A stretch of 64,000 bases of DNA from Sphagnum compactum. Taxonomy: Eukaryota. Numbering within the stretch: position 1 is the first letter of the stretch; each line of letters opens with the position of its first letter. The stretch spans positions 31,982,213 through 32,046,212 of the forward strand of contig OZ234493.1 of the NCBI GenBank assembly GCA_965153455.1, written 5' to 3'. Position numbers and translations under genes: made by a program. Below are positions 13,013 through 26,269 of this stretch, one piece after another. A model generated the notes under the pieces. The model saw only the letters and a program-made list of their open reading frames with translations, was not told where the DNA came from and ran no database searches.

Positions 13013-16000
13013 TGGTATTTTGTCTCCTTTTTAGTTTATTTTTGTTTCATAAATGATAAATTGTATAAATTTTTGTGATTTCTTGCAATTATATAAATAT
13101 TATATGAAATTTATATGCACAAAAGGCAAGAAGGAAGGAATGTGAAAACACATTACAAGTTTGATAATAATTCAATGAAAATATGTTTCAAACACAAAAC
13201 AAGAATGGAAGTTAATTATATAATTACAGATATTAGGGTGAATGCATGTTACAGTGTACAAAAACTGTCACAATTTGACAATTTTCAATACCTATCCAAG
13301 TTTCATGCATCATGGTAGAAATTTAGAAAATATTTTTCATTAATATTTTATAATAGATGATGGTTTATGTCCCAATCTAACATTATGTTGTGCAATCAAT
13401 GCACATATGAATGATATAATAGTCTAACAAAGTATTATTTTGATTTGTAAAGCCTTGTCACATTTTTGCACTTACAACAAAAGGACTAGAAAGTATTACA
13501 TTTAATGATAAATTTTCCATGAAATTTTACACATACATAAAAGAAACTATAAAAAACAATCTTTCCCATCAAATTTTTCAAATTTTTTTTAAGTCACAGA
13601 ATTTAGATAAGATGGTTTTAAAGTGTTCGTTAGTCCATTACGGTGTGATAATGTTGATGATTAGGATTTTTTTAGGTTGAAAAAGTTCTTCCATTGAAAT
13701 TTTACTTGGATTGAATGTTTTTTAATCATTTGACAAAAATAAAATGAAGTTTAGGATTTTTTTTTAAATGGAAAATTGTTGTCAAATAATGGTTGAAAGG
13801 TATACTTGTGAATAATATTTTTTTTGAAGTACACATTTAACATTTATTTGTCTCATAAAATCAAATTTTAGCAAAATTGAATAAGGATTTATGAGTGTTT
13901 ATAAGATAATATACATGTAAAATGTCATTTCATCATTCTTACAAGATTATGTACATAATATGAAAAAATAAACTAAAATAATTTTCTGCATGTATTGTGA
14001 CAAAGTCAATGGTTACTAACAATCTATTGGGATAATAACATGTCTCACAAATCAAATTTTCCTATCATAAATATATAGAAAATCTTTTACACGAATCTTT
14101 TATTGAATTAAAAAATTCCTTTTATATATATTCATGATGGATGAAATTTGTGATATTTTCATAGTTTTTTTGAACATTCATAAATTGAAAATTCAATTTG
14201 GAACATCATTAATTGTATGAGTTGATGATTAACATTGTCCTCATTACAAATGTCATTGTTTGACGAAAAAGTTTAATAAACTTACAATATAAAAATGAAT
14301 GAGTTGTTATTTTATGGATTTAAAATATCATTACAACTTATGAAAACTTTTTAACTATTATATTTGACATTGTAGAAGATGTAAATGTTGCCATTAGTCA
14401 AACATAACTTGATGAAATCAAATGGTTTATATATCTTTTAAATTTCATTCGGTGATCCTTGTCCATTATGCAAACGTGACCTATTAAAAGAAAAAAATCC
14501 ATTTTTTTATTGCATGATTTATCATATGTGGATGTCATTATTATATTTACATTTTATTTGTTACCATAATACCTTGGCGTCTTTGAAACTAATTATATAA
14601 TTTGTAAACAAACTATAATTTTCAAAAAAATTCAAGAAAAAAAATTTGTGAAAGAAAATATCATCTTTTGGAATATTCAAAAATGTTTTAAGTGTTAACA
14701 TGAAATATTTCAAATTTCATTCATTATTTTACACACATGTGTTGAAGTTGCCTTTTGTATTACATTAATCAAATGTAATTGAACAATTTTGAGAAATATA
14801 TGATTTTATTAAATCACATTTGTGATTTTTATATTCCATGAATATGTTGGAGGGGTTGCCACTTTCTTTCAATGTGTGTTATTCATTGAATTAAATGCAT
14901 GGGATGATGAATGCCTTACTGCAATAGAAGTTTTACAAAAACAAAAAGAAGGGAAAAAATCAAAAAAGGAAAAAAGGAAAAAAAAGTGATTTAGATTTTA
15001 TTAATACACCAATGCTTGCCAGTTGGATGCAAATTGAAATGGGAAAGATTTTAAAAACCATACAAGTTTATCACAATAATTTTTTTTATGTATAGTTATA
15101 TACTATTCCTTTCAGATTTCATATATTTGAAACATGTTGAAGGTTTGGCTCTTGATTTCAAATTCTACATCACTCAAAGATTTAATATTTTGACCAAATC
15201 GATTGGATGTTAACCATAAATCACAAATTTTTCAACTTATTGTCACTATGCATCACACCAAGGTTTTGAAAACCTTGACATCCCTTTGTGCATGTTGGTA
15301 TTTAAAAGTGCAGGATTCACATTCAAGTGCATTTATGTTTCACATTTTCATTCAACAACTACACTTTTAGGATTAATGATCTATCTTATTTATGTTTTGA
15401 AACATGAATCTTAGATTATAATCAAGGCCTACAAATTATGATTGTAAATTGTTCTAATTGTTTTAGATTTCAGCATTTTGTTTCATACGAAACAAAATGT
15501 GTCGGTGTATTTTAAACCATTAAAACACACTTTATATCTCTACATTCTATAATGGATTTGATATTGATTAATTTTCATAATTCTCATAGCTCCAATATGT
15601 GGTAACATTGAATTTCACGTGACAATAATTTTTGGTTTGTACTCAAAATCAAAATTATAAATCAACTAGTATGATACTCCATGATAATTACAAATTGTAA
15701 ACCAAAATTGCTGAATTTTTAAAATACTTAATATGAATGAATTTGATGTTTAGAATGAATTTATTATGTCTAACTAATTTCATAAACATAACATTCATAA
15801 AAATAATGCAAACTTGTCAACTTTGATAAAATGTTTTGATGATATTTCATTTTCAATGTTGACTTAAATATGTTATTAATTTTGATTAAAAGGTGTCCAC
15901 TAAAATATTACAATAATGTTAAGTTAAAATTTAATTATTTTATGTTTATATATTTTACTTAATTAATAAAATGTGATTAATGTAAATTTATTATATTATT

Positions 16001-16363
16001 TTAAATTCCCATTATTAAGGGCAAATGGGATGTTGTCTTAACAAATGTTCTCAAATACAAACATCCTTAATAAATAAAAATTCAAGTAATCGGACATTTT
16101 GGTTCAAGACAACTTAAGCTTGGTCAAAAACGAAAACACACCTAAATAGTGCTAATGATGACAAAAGACAATGAAGAACAAATAAACAAAAATGTCAAAA
16201 AAGAACAACAAATTAATGATAACACATAATAATAGAAGGGTAAAAAATGCATATTAGAAACACCATACGTGTTAGGTTGAAGATGAATTTTTAAATTTTT
16301 GAATAATAAAAGGCACCAGGACATTAAGGGTTGATGGTGTTGGATATGATGTCGAGGCCCTCA

Positions 16364-17180
16364 TCTCACAACCCTAACTTGAAGGAATGTGGGGATGGCA
16401 CTCACACTCCCGAAATGGGGACTTAAGAGTCCTCCGAGACTCCTAAAAATTCAGAGTTCAATGGCAAGGGTCAAAACACCTTGCATTGAAGTGTTTTTTA
16501 TACCGTTAGAAAGGTCTTGAAGTGTAGATGTCGAAAATGGCCTTGCATGAGCCATTTGGACATCTACAGCATAATTTATGAACGAAAGAAGGGCCTGGAA
16601 TCAAATTGGCAATTTGACCCCCGATCACTAAAAGTTGGGAATTGACCCGACGCCGATGTGGGCAGGTGGAGTGCAACATGCCGTTGGAAAGCTCTTGAGG
16701 AGAGCTACAAGTTTGCTTTAGACCTCATCCCAATCGAAGGTCTGAACAAGGAGTTATGAATTCCCAAAGTCTCGGGAGTCCAAACCGGGACAGTTTCGGG
16801 ACTCCTCCTTGGGAGTCCCAGGAAAAAGAGCCATTTGGATGTGCCGCGGAGTAACGCAGAGAATACTATATGGGGGAAGGTGGTGGCTTCCCCCGAGTTC
16901 GGCCCGTGGTGAGTCATGTGAGTCCATGGTCGCCCGTGGCTTGTCCTAGCACTGAAAGTGCTTCCAAATGTGAACTCATCAACTTGTTGGTTAGTTTGAT
17001 GCAGGTTCGAGTAACTAAGTAAAGCTTGTCCCTCGCCCTAGTCTGATCCCGGAGCTTCAGCACGCCCCTCTACCCCTTTTAGTGCTAGAAGCTGGGAGCG
17101 TGCACCAAGTTCCAAATTATTCCGTTGTTTGACTTCTTTGGACCCAACTTGGGTCTAATAAGGAACTTGGGAGCGCGTCA
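16364..17180 (+). mobile_element. Solo LTR (817 bp) related to the gypsy LTRs at 29027 and 42717
   Basis: Termini TCTCACAACCC (decayed TG) and GAGCGCGTCA, 5-bp TSD CCTCA (16359-63 and 17181-85). Collinear with the reverse complement of the gypsy LTR (ACTATA.GGGG.AAGGTGGTGGC, GGGAGTC motifs). Confidence 0.9.
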
Positions 17181-20100
17181 CCTCACATGCACCAACAAGC
17201 ACATAGGGGAAGGTTGTAATCATTATGGTAAAACATATTTTATATGATATATTCTTTTGAATTGGGGACCATTGGGAAACTTGATAGGAAGGATGTTTGG
17301 GGGACATTAGAAAGTCCCCCCAAAAAAATTGTTTTTCAAGCAATGAGGAACACACAAAAATACATCACAAGTGCCAAAAATGTTAATGGTTCAATAGGTG
17401 GAAATTCAATTTCAAATTTAATAAGTTAATGAAAGTGAAAATGATTTCATGGAAAATTTACATGATCATGGATTACTAATGTTTAGTAATTAATTATTTA
17501 AAAAAAACCCATCCAAGTTATTAAAATTTAACAACCTTAATAATGGGTAATCTACCAAACAAGAACAAACTTGAATGTGAAAGTTATGAATGTGTAACAA
17601 ACACATGTAATCCCCAAAGGCCATTCAATTGAAGACCTTAAACCCTAACCTTAAAACCTTAGTATCATGTTAGAAAAAATAAGTTCAATGCCTATGGAAC
17701 ATATGTGAAAAACTCAATACTCAAAGGAATATCCAGATGATGTGGGTAACTAGAATCTACCCAACATGAGAAACTGAAGATCATTTGGAAATGGAAGAAA
17801 GGACATAGTACATGATTAGGTGGGAAATCAAACTCAAGTATCAATTTCCCACATAAGCTTTGTTTAAGACTAAATTCTTCTGGTTCCCTTTTGGGGGAGG
17901 GTGCGGGTGTTGGATTTTTGTGGTGCCCAATGTGTTCCCAATATGTTATCATCAAGTTCCTGATGGGTTTTCAACATATTCCTTGACAAGTTCCCAATAG
18001 CTCTCATTTTATCCCATATTCTTTGCCGTAAATTCTACTATTGTAATATATATTACAACTAGTCTTGGGTAGCTTGTATGGGCATGCTAGTACTTTTGTT
18101 GGGTAACAAAGGAGAAGCTACCCTTTCCACTCATGTTTTTTAAAAGCTTGTGAACACCAACAACAATGTTGGATGTGCCAATAAGAAGGCCACCAATGGC
18201 ACCATCAAAGTGGTTGGGAAACTATTTTTTGTTGGGTACCAATTCCTTAGCTAACCATGGTAATTAGCCATGATACTTAGTTTAGTTGTTGTTTTACTAC
18301 CTACTTCTAACAACCCACAAGTAGGGTAGTAATAAGTAGTAAAAAAACAACCCTTACCTATGTATAAAGTATAAACCATCTTCTTACCTACACAGTTGTT
18401 ACTTATTTTCCTACCTACTTACCTATATATGACCTACCTATTAAATCAATGGGCAATCAAGGTGAAACTAGATATTAATTCGGTTTGAGGTTATTCATCC
18501 ACAACCGAGGCATAATGGGCATCCAATGGATGGTATACTAGTGGGTGTGGGTTCACTCTAGCCAATAGGAAGTTATACTTGGAGAAAAAAATATTAGTAA
18601 TATTTTCTAACTTCCTCACAATTTCCTACCTTTTTTGTTGCATCATATTATTATTTATTATTTATCCACACTTTTTTTGGTTGGAATGTTCACCTAATTA
18701 TTTCAAAAGATTGGGTCTATCACCCCTAGTTTGAATATTCCACAATAAGATTAGAAGGTCCAACATATTTACACAATAATTTGTACATAGTGAGAAGGTA
18801 TGGCTAATACTATAAATCTTGGCTACTATTCTTTTGAAGCCCATTGTCTAAAAACCCTCATACTTACATTAAAGATATAAAGTTCTCTTTCCAAGAGGTA
18901 GAATGGGTCAAAATGAACCAATGTTCACCATACAAGATGGATGGTGTGTGGATTAAATTAACCATCCACGTCCATCTACCTACCTATAAACCAACAAATG
19001 CCTTACCTATCTACATAATAATCTTTTACATTCCTTACCTACTTAAATATGACATTTTCCCACTTATGGAAGTAGGTACTTTGGGAATGGGTTCTGGAAA
19101 GTCAAAAGGTTTATAAAATAAGTTACCAAGCTAGAATTGTGGTAACTCATCGACAAACTAGAATTGAATCATTTTCAGCACTTAGAGAAATTTCATCTAA
19201 TATTTGGAAGGCACTTTATATTTGTGCATATTTTTCATAAAAAAGATGGGTTATACGATTATCCTTAAGAATGGGAGGGAAATTATGCCTATTTATAGGT
19301 GTAAGATCCTTCCCAATCTTAAGGAATAGGTGTAAGGACCCTCCATGCCTTTTGTTTATGATCTACATATGTTTAGGCTCACAATAGTCTCTTCCTTGTG
19401 ACTTACAATGGGAAATGCCCAAGGGTGGGGGAAAATTCCAAAAATGCAAGGCTAACTCAAACTTAGCTATTGCATTGTTCGAGGCCCCTTCTTTTGGGAA
19501 CACCCCCCACCTTAAGGTTTTACCATACATGCAATGGGTTTTAAATGGATGATGCATTAGTGGGTTTTGGGTCACATAATTTAGTAGGATGCACTCCTAA
19601 AAAGGGGTTCCACTTGTAATCCTTATTTGGGCCTCTAGCAATATTTATGACATCCAACAAAGAGATAAATCACACCAATAAACATGAAAAACTACACCTT
19701 TTATTTGGGCCTCTAGCAACATTTCTCACATCCAAGATAGATAAAGTGTGTTAATTGTTTCTTGATCCTTATCCATTTGTTTATGAAAGAAGGTTGTTTG
19801 TTTGTTTTGCTTGTCATGTTCGGATTTTTTCCCAAACCATAACACTCTTGGTACCATTGAAAAACCCATTGTTGAATAAGGTGCATCAAGTTGGTTTTAT
19901 AATGTTTTGACTTATAGTGGAGAAATTATTGAATATTGAACAATTTTTTCACTAAAAAATCATTTAACTCAAAACAAAAATCTATAGGGGAATTTGGGCA
20001 CATTCTTAGTGTTTTTGGAAAGCCTTTGATGAATAAGATTTAACTAAGGTGATTTGGAATTTTTTTAATTTGAGGTGTAAAAGATATTGAATTTTGAGTA

Positions 20101-21982
20101 GTTTTGTCACTAGAAATTCAATTAAATTACAAAACATGATTTTGAAAAGAAAAATTAATTGAGTAGCTAGTTCACACTTGGTCCAACAATAAAAATTACA
20201 TTAACAACCTTTTTTTTTATGTTGTATTAGCCTTTTGCAAATCTTGAAAGTTGGAATAACCATTCCTTCAAGTTCCATTTATGTTTGAGGTCCATTTATT
20301 TTATGTGCTTGTAGATTTGTGCTTTCAATGTACTCAATTTTTAATTTGAATTTTGTAGCTTAATGAAAGTGGTCATTTTAGTTTTTAAGATATGGAAAAG
20401 GCATATTCGTAGAATGGTGGAGGTGATTTCAATGGTGAAGAACCTTGCATGGCTAAAAATAATTAGGCCCTACCTCATTGAATTTTTAGGATGCTTGTGA
20501 TTGCCATTGCAATTTGATTTTACAACTTGAAAGCTCCATCCTAGTTTTTAAACTATAATTGATCAAAACTTGTAAGTTTATAGTCTCAAGTCAAAAAAAA
20601 AATCCTTTACAATTTTTTAATGGGATAACGTTTTCAATCTACTCTTTGAGTTTCTTTGTTGCATCACCTTGTTCAATTTGTGTATTTTTATGAAGATCTT
20701 GGAACAATTGAGCACCAAAGGTTTGAGTTTGCATTTTTGTGTTTTGATGTGCAAGCTTATGTGTTTTCACATTTCATAAATCTATGGTGAATTGAAGATT
20801 TTTTGAGGATTACCATTAGAGGCTTTGAACGACTTTCATTCTATTGTTCTTTTCTTTTTTCTTCCAACCTTTTATTATGATGTCATTAACAAGTTTTTAG
20901 TATTTCAACCATTCCAAAAACCTAAAGCACATTATGCTCTTCATCCTTGTGTTAAATTTGATTGTGTTCCCAGAGGACTTATAATTCATTTATTGGTCCC
21001 AAGTATCTTCTTAAAGGAGTTTGGTCTCCTCCAAAATATGTGGGTTGTCTCGTTGAAAGTCATGTGAATGAAAGGGTCAATTTGTTGCAGACATTTCTTA
21101 ACATTTTCGACATGTTTGAAATCCATCCTCAACCACCACCGTTCAAATTTGACAAGCTTGAAATGATTTTTAGTTTTTAAACCTTAATGAAATTATTGAA
21201 TTATCTAATTTTCATTTTAAACCATCAACTAACATTGAATTGTTTAATTTTATGTTTGACATGCCTTAGGAAAAACAAAAGAGAGATTGGAAGATGCCCA
21301 AGAAAAGTTATAACAAGACGAAAAATTTCTAAACCAAATGGGTAGCAAAATTAACATGGGCAAAGGGTTTAGTGTTAGATGGGGGGTCTATTCACACTGT
21401 CCATTTTTACTCATTAAAATTTGTTGCCACATACATCACCCCAAAATTTTTTTAAAAAAATTGTATACTAATAAACATGAAAAATGAAACAATACAAGGT
21501 GAGATTGTTTAAACATAACCATTTAGGGCCATCATTATTTATGACAACAATGAAGAATAATCATTTTGGCATTAGTGCCATTACAAACACTACATCCTAT
21601 TCACGTTTATCGACATAATCGGAACTCTTCATTGTCAAACAACAATTTCATCCAAAATTTATTATGCAAGTAAAATATTTGTTATAGTTGATGGGGTTAC
21701 TCTAAGAGGTAAGGGGTTTTCTAATCAAGTAAGTTTTGGGTTAGCAAATTATGTCATTCTCTAATCAAATTATATGACACAGTCTTCCAATTCCAATCAT
21801 ACATATGTAACGGTGACCAAAACACGTCTGTTGAACATGAGTTTTGTGTGAAATCGTTGAATCTATCACCTAGACCTTAATGTGAACCTTAATGTGAAGG
21901 AATGGCCTTACCCAAATTGTGTTGGGGCATGTCACCTAACTCATCCCAATAGGCTTGTTAGCATAATACCCAATGTAAAGAC

Positions 21983-22716
21983 TAATGTTGGGTGGGTACC
22001 ACAAATACCTTAAGGCATCCCAATTCAATCCCCTTAGGGTATCACCATGAATGATACCTTGATTGAAAATCAAACTATCGTTTCTCACTTGTGTGAAAAT
22101 TGGATGTGAGAACTAATTTTTAAAAAAGGAACAATTTTTTTGGAAAACTGGGTAAGGTCTAACCCTTTACCCAGGTTAGGGTCTCAAGGGTTTTAAAATT
22201 TGCATGTTAGGCCTAATTTGCCTTGGGAGATGGGAGATCCAAGGGAGGGCTAGTATTTGGTGGTAGGTACCTATTAATGGTAGGCTTGGTCAGATGGCAA
22301 TGATGTTTGGAGAGTTCATTTACAATCATGATTTATTTTTAAAATCTTTCAAAAACCTTGAACTAGAGGTCCTTTGATTTTGATTTTTTTCAAAAAGCCA
22401 GAGCTATTGTCAAAAAAAATTTCAAATCAATAATTATATAATCTTAATTTTATTTTTATTTTTTAAAATTCTAATTAAAAATATAAAATAATACCCGGTT
22501 CGTGAGAATCGACAAAGGATAACCGAATGTTCTCAAATTTCTGAGAACCAGCATTGTGAGAACGGGCTTTATTTTTTAAAAGAAAATGTTGATATGTTTG
22601 CTTGGTGTAGAAATTTTTTAAAAAAAATTTGGGGAGAATCGGACCCTTTTGTAAATTACTCTGTGAGAACCGGTCCCAACGAGTATCACAAAAATTGTGA
22701 TACCCGCCCAACACTG
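21983..22716. mobile_element. Non-autonomous hAT-type element (MITE)
   Basis: Imperfect TIRs: TAATGTTGGGTGGGTACC on the left and GATACCCGCCCAACACTG on the right (rc CAGTGTTGGGCGGGTATC). 8-bp TSD GTAAAGAC/ATAAAGAC. Internal GAGAACC motifs. Confidence 0.7.
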
Positions 22717-24368
22717 ATAAAGACCTGGGCAAATTTTCATATTATAATTGTAGGACATGTTGCAGCCCATCATAATATTTCATGTGAGGAGGGCATGTGT
22801 TTCAAAAAACATTATACCCATTCCTACATGTGTTTTGTAATGCTCATCCTCATTTTAAAAATTTGATTTCTTGTGAAAATTGATCTGTATCTATCAAGTA
22901 TCATGCGAGAAATTTTTGAAAATAAAAATTCCCCCAAAGTCTTAATGCTAAGTAAAAGCCCCTATATAATGCTAAGCTTTATCCGAATCAGGCCCATGCT
23001 TTGGCTTCACCTCATGCGGGCCCTTATTATTCTTGTAAAGCCCACAGCCGAGGGCTTTACCCTATTTACATATAATGGTCGGCGCCTTCACCATTCCATA
23101 GTACATACTACACATCTAGATGCCTAGACCACAGGGAAGCTCTCTGAAGCCCGGTTTGCCCGGTCCAATTGTGGCAACTAGCAAGTGAGCTCGGGTGAGG
23201 GGAAGTATTCGCGCGCTGCGCGATCGCAAAAGCGCAGTGGCAGCGGAAAGTAGACATTGGCTTCGTTGCGGTAGAGATTCTGAGAGACTGAAAAGGCAAG
23301 TAATCGCGATGTAAGCAAGCAAGACGGCGGGCCCGGGCAAGGGTTATAAGCATCTGCGCGCTTGTCAATGCTCCGAAGAAGAGAGAAGCGTCGACTTAAG
23401 GTTTAGAGAAGGGAATTGATGAATTTTTGCAGCTGTTGTTGTTGAGGTTCTTGAGGAAGAAGGAAATTGGAAGCTCTGTAGATGCCACAACACTCACTGA
23501 CAAGCACTAAAAGAGGAGTTTTCTGCGGAGGATTTTCGAAAGAAAAATTAGTTGTGATTCCTGAACGTCCAGCTCCCAGAGCTCCACTGCAGCTGCTACA
23601 GGTCCAAGGAGAGAGAAGAGAAGAACAAGCTTCTTACAAGCTTCTTCTCAGTCTTCTTCGCAAGGCGGGTGCGAGAAGGGTCCACAAGCTGCGAACACTG
23701 CTGAACCAGTTCTCATTACCGTTTGGAGGTGGGCAAGGTGGACCGGGCCCTGCTATTCTGAAACGAAGGAGTAAGGGAGGTAGGCATTAGAATAAGGTCT
23801 GAATTGGTCTTCAAGCTGATCGATGCGCGAGAAAACTCGTAATTCAAGACTTGCGCGACAACAAAGATGACCGACAACATAAGACGCTAAGCCACACTAT
23901 GTTGTAGGAGTAGGAGCGACAACAGCAAAGTAGCCCCCACCCCGCGTTCATTCACCCGAGGTTGAAAGAGGTTGGGCCCGCCATCGCCACTGTCTTCACT
24001 GTTACCAACCCTGTTGTGCCAAGCACAAACGCCAATAAGGACAGTTCCAAGTTCTTGGTTTTGACTTCTGAGGCCTTTTTTTTTTTTTTTGGGAGGGTGA
24101 GGGAGGGACGTCTTTTTCTGTCCTCCTTTTTTCTTTTGTTATCTAAACCTCTTCTTTTTCTCTTCTTTTCCTTGAAACCTAAACCTCATTTCTTCTTTTT
24201 TCAAAGCTCTTTTCTTCTTTTCTTCTTTTCTTCTTTTCTTTTTAAAACCTTAGACCTCTTCTCTTCTTTAAACCCTAAACCTATTCTCATTTCTTCTCTT
24301 TCACTTCTCTAAATCGTAAAGCATTGCTTAGATTTTTCCCTCTATTTTTTCAACTCACTTACTTGCCT

Positions 24369-25188
24369 TGTCGCAACCCCACTTTGTCCAAGTGTGGGGG
24401 TGAAGCCCAACACTTGGAAAAGTTGGAGGTTTGGAGTCCTCCGGGACTCCCGAATGTTCAGAGCTCGACAGCAAGGCCCAAAACACCTCGCATTGGGGTG
24501 TCCTTGGTGTCATTGAAAAGGTCTTGAAACGTAGATATCGAAAATGGCCTCGCATTGGTCATTTGGGCTTCTGCAGCCCAAGTTATGGGCAAAAGAAGGG
24601 CCGGGAGTCAAACTGGCAATTTGACTCCCGACCACTAAAAGTCGGGAATTGACGTCTTCCCGACATCCGATTTGAAAGTGCAACATGGCGTTGGGAAGAT
24701 CTCAACAAGGGCTACAACTTTGGTTTAGACCTCGTTGCGATCGGACTCTGCACTCGGGAGTTCTGGCCGTTCAAAGTTCCGGGAGTCCAGTCGGGACAAT
24801 TTCGGGACTCCATTTCAGGAGTCCCAACAAAATATGCCATTTGGATGTAGCCTCCACGGTGAGCTGCAGAGATAACTATAAGGGGGAAGGTGGTGGCTTC
24901 CCCCGAGTTCGGGCCGTGGTGAGTCAAGTAGTCCAAAGTGCCCGTCGCTTGTCCCAACACCCAAGGGTGTTCTCGAATGTGAACTAACCCATTTGTGGTT
25001 GGTTTTGTATGCAGATTCGTGCTTGATCTACTAGTCCATCTTCCTAGTCTAATCCCGGGGCTTCCAACTCAACCCTCTACCCCTTTCTAGAGTTGGAAGT
25101 CGGGAGCGTGCCCTTCGGTCCCAACTTTCCGTAACTTCACATTGGTGAACCCTCAAGTGGGTTCACCCCGGGACCAAGGAGTGCGTCA
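24369..25188 (+). mobile_element. Solo LTR (820 bp) inserted in the leader of the outer LINE
   Basis: TGTCGCAACCC...GAGTGCGTCA termini, perfect 5-bp TSD TGCCT (24364-68 and 25189-93), homologous to the other LTRs. Confidence 0.93.
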
Positions 25189-25279
25189 TGCCTAAAGAAA
25201 CCTCTTTTCAACAATGTACCAGCCAGGCTGTATTGGGATCTTCTAACCATAGGCCCTTCTCCTATACCAAATTTCTAGA

Positions 25280-25313
<34 letters not shown>

Positions 25314-25406
25314 TTAATGGTTAAAACCCCATGTGTTTTTTTACTTCTCAAGTTTTTAAAAAAAAATAGACATTGGTTTAAGGTTTAAGATTTGAAAAAC
25401 TCTGCG

Positions 25407-26245
25407 ATGGCACTTGATGTGGCACCGCTGTTGTGTCTTTTCAATGTAGCGTCAGACATTTTCACGCTGAAAAAGGACAATGCCAAGACGTATTGTAATA
25501 ACGTCGGGCTCAATGTTCCAGACAATGCACCCCTGGCGGTCTACCAGGTAGCCTTAGCTGGGCACTGGCTAGTCATGGGCCTCAAGACCAACAGCTCACC
25601 TGTTGATGCGTGGTTGTCCAAGATGGAGGCGACCATCGAAAACAGTGCATCTCTTGCGGCTGTTAGCAACCTTGCGGTCAACCAACTGATGGAGCGTGAG
25701 GCAGCCGCGGCTATCACAACCAAGGCTACTTTAGCGGAAGAGCCCAAGTGGACCATAGTGATGGCCAAGAACATGCGCCAGGTGGTCAGCTGGGCTGTGG
25801 AGACCCTGGCTGACGCGCCCAAACAGGAGGAGCGCAAGCTCAACTTACGCCTCATGGGTTTTGAGGCTAAGGAGGGCGAGACCAAGAAGGAGCTGGTACA
25901 GCGGTTCAACACAGAGCTATTGCAAGGGCAAATGAGGCTACGCACCAAGGTCGTCGCCGCCAGGCGGTAGCGGCTTGCGAACGCGCGAGCTTCCACCTCG
26001 ACGGTAGGTGCGCGCTCTGATGCGATCTAGCTGAAATTCGCAATAAGCGAAGACCGTCAGGGCGCAAAAGCCTAGCGGGGACCAAGCTAGGCCTAAACGA
26101 GGACCTCACGCCCGTGCAATAGGCGTTCAAGTCGCAACTATGGCCGCTGTTCAAGGAGGCCAAGGCAGCAGGCAAATGCGCCCTTTGGCGCGCAGCCGAG
26201 CTCTTCATCAATGGCACTTGGATTTGCTCACCCTCCTCTATCTAA
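25407..26245 (+). pseudogene. ORF1 remnant of the outer LINE (RRM/CTD-type ORF1)
   Basis: MALDVAP...EERKLNLRLMGFEAKEGET...GTKLGLNEDLTP...AELFINGT, interrupted by stops and a frameshift. Confidence 0.65.
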
Positions 26246-26269
26246 GGCCACGGGGACCAGAGAGACCTA

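Noticed and set aside
21290-21400. Possible hAT N-terminal fragment (KKSYNKTKNF*TKWVAKLTWAKG)
   Set aside because: Too short and degraded to call.
23482-23790. 102-aa plus-strand ORF
   Set aside because: No homology recognised, and local splice signals point to the minus strand.
23650-24075. Alternative frame resembling a secreted peptide precursor (LLAFVLG...IAGPGPPCPPPNGN)
   Set aside because: It needs an extra base at the insertion junction to reach an upstream ATG, and it does not stay open to the downstream donor. Not excluded, but less parsimonious.
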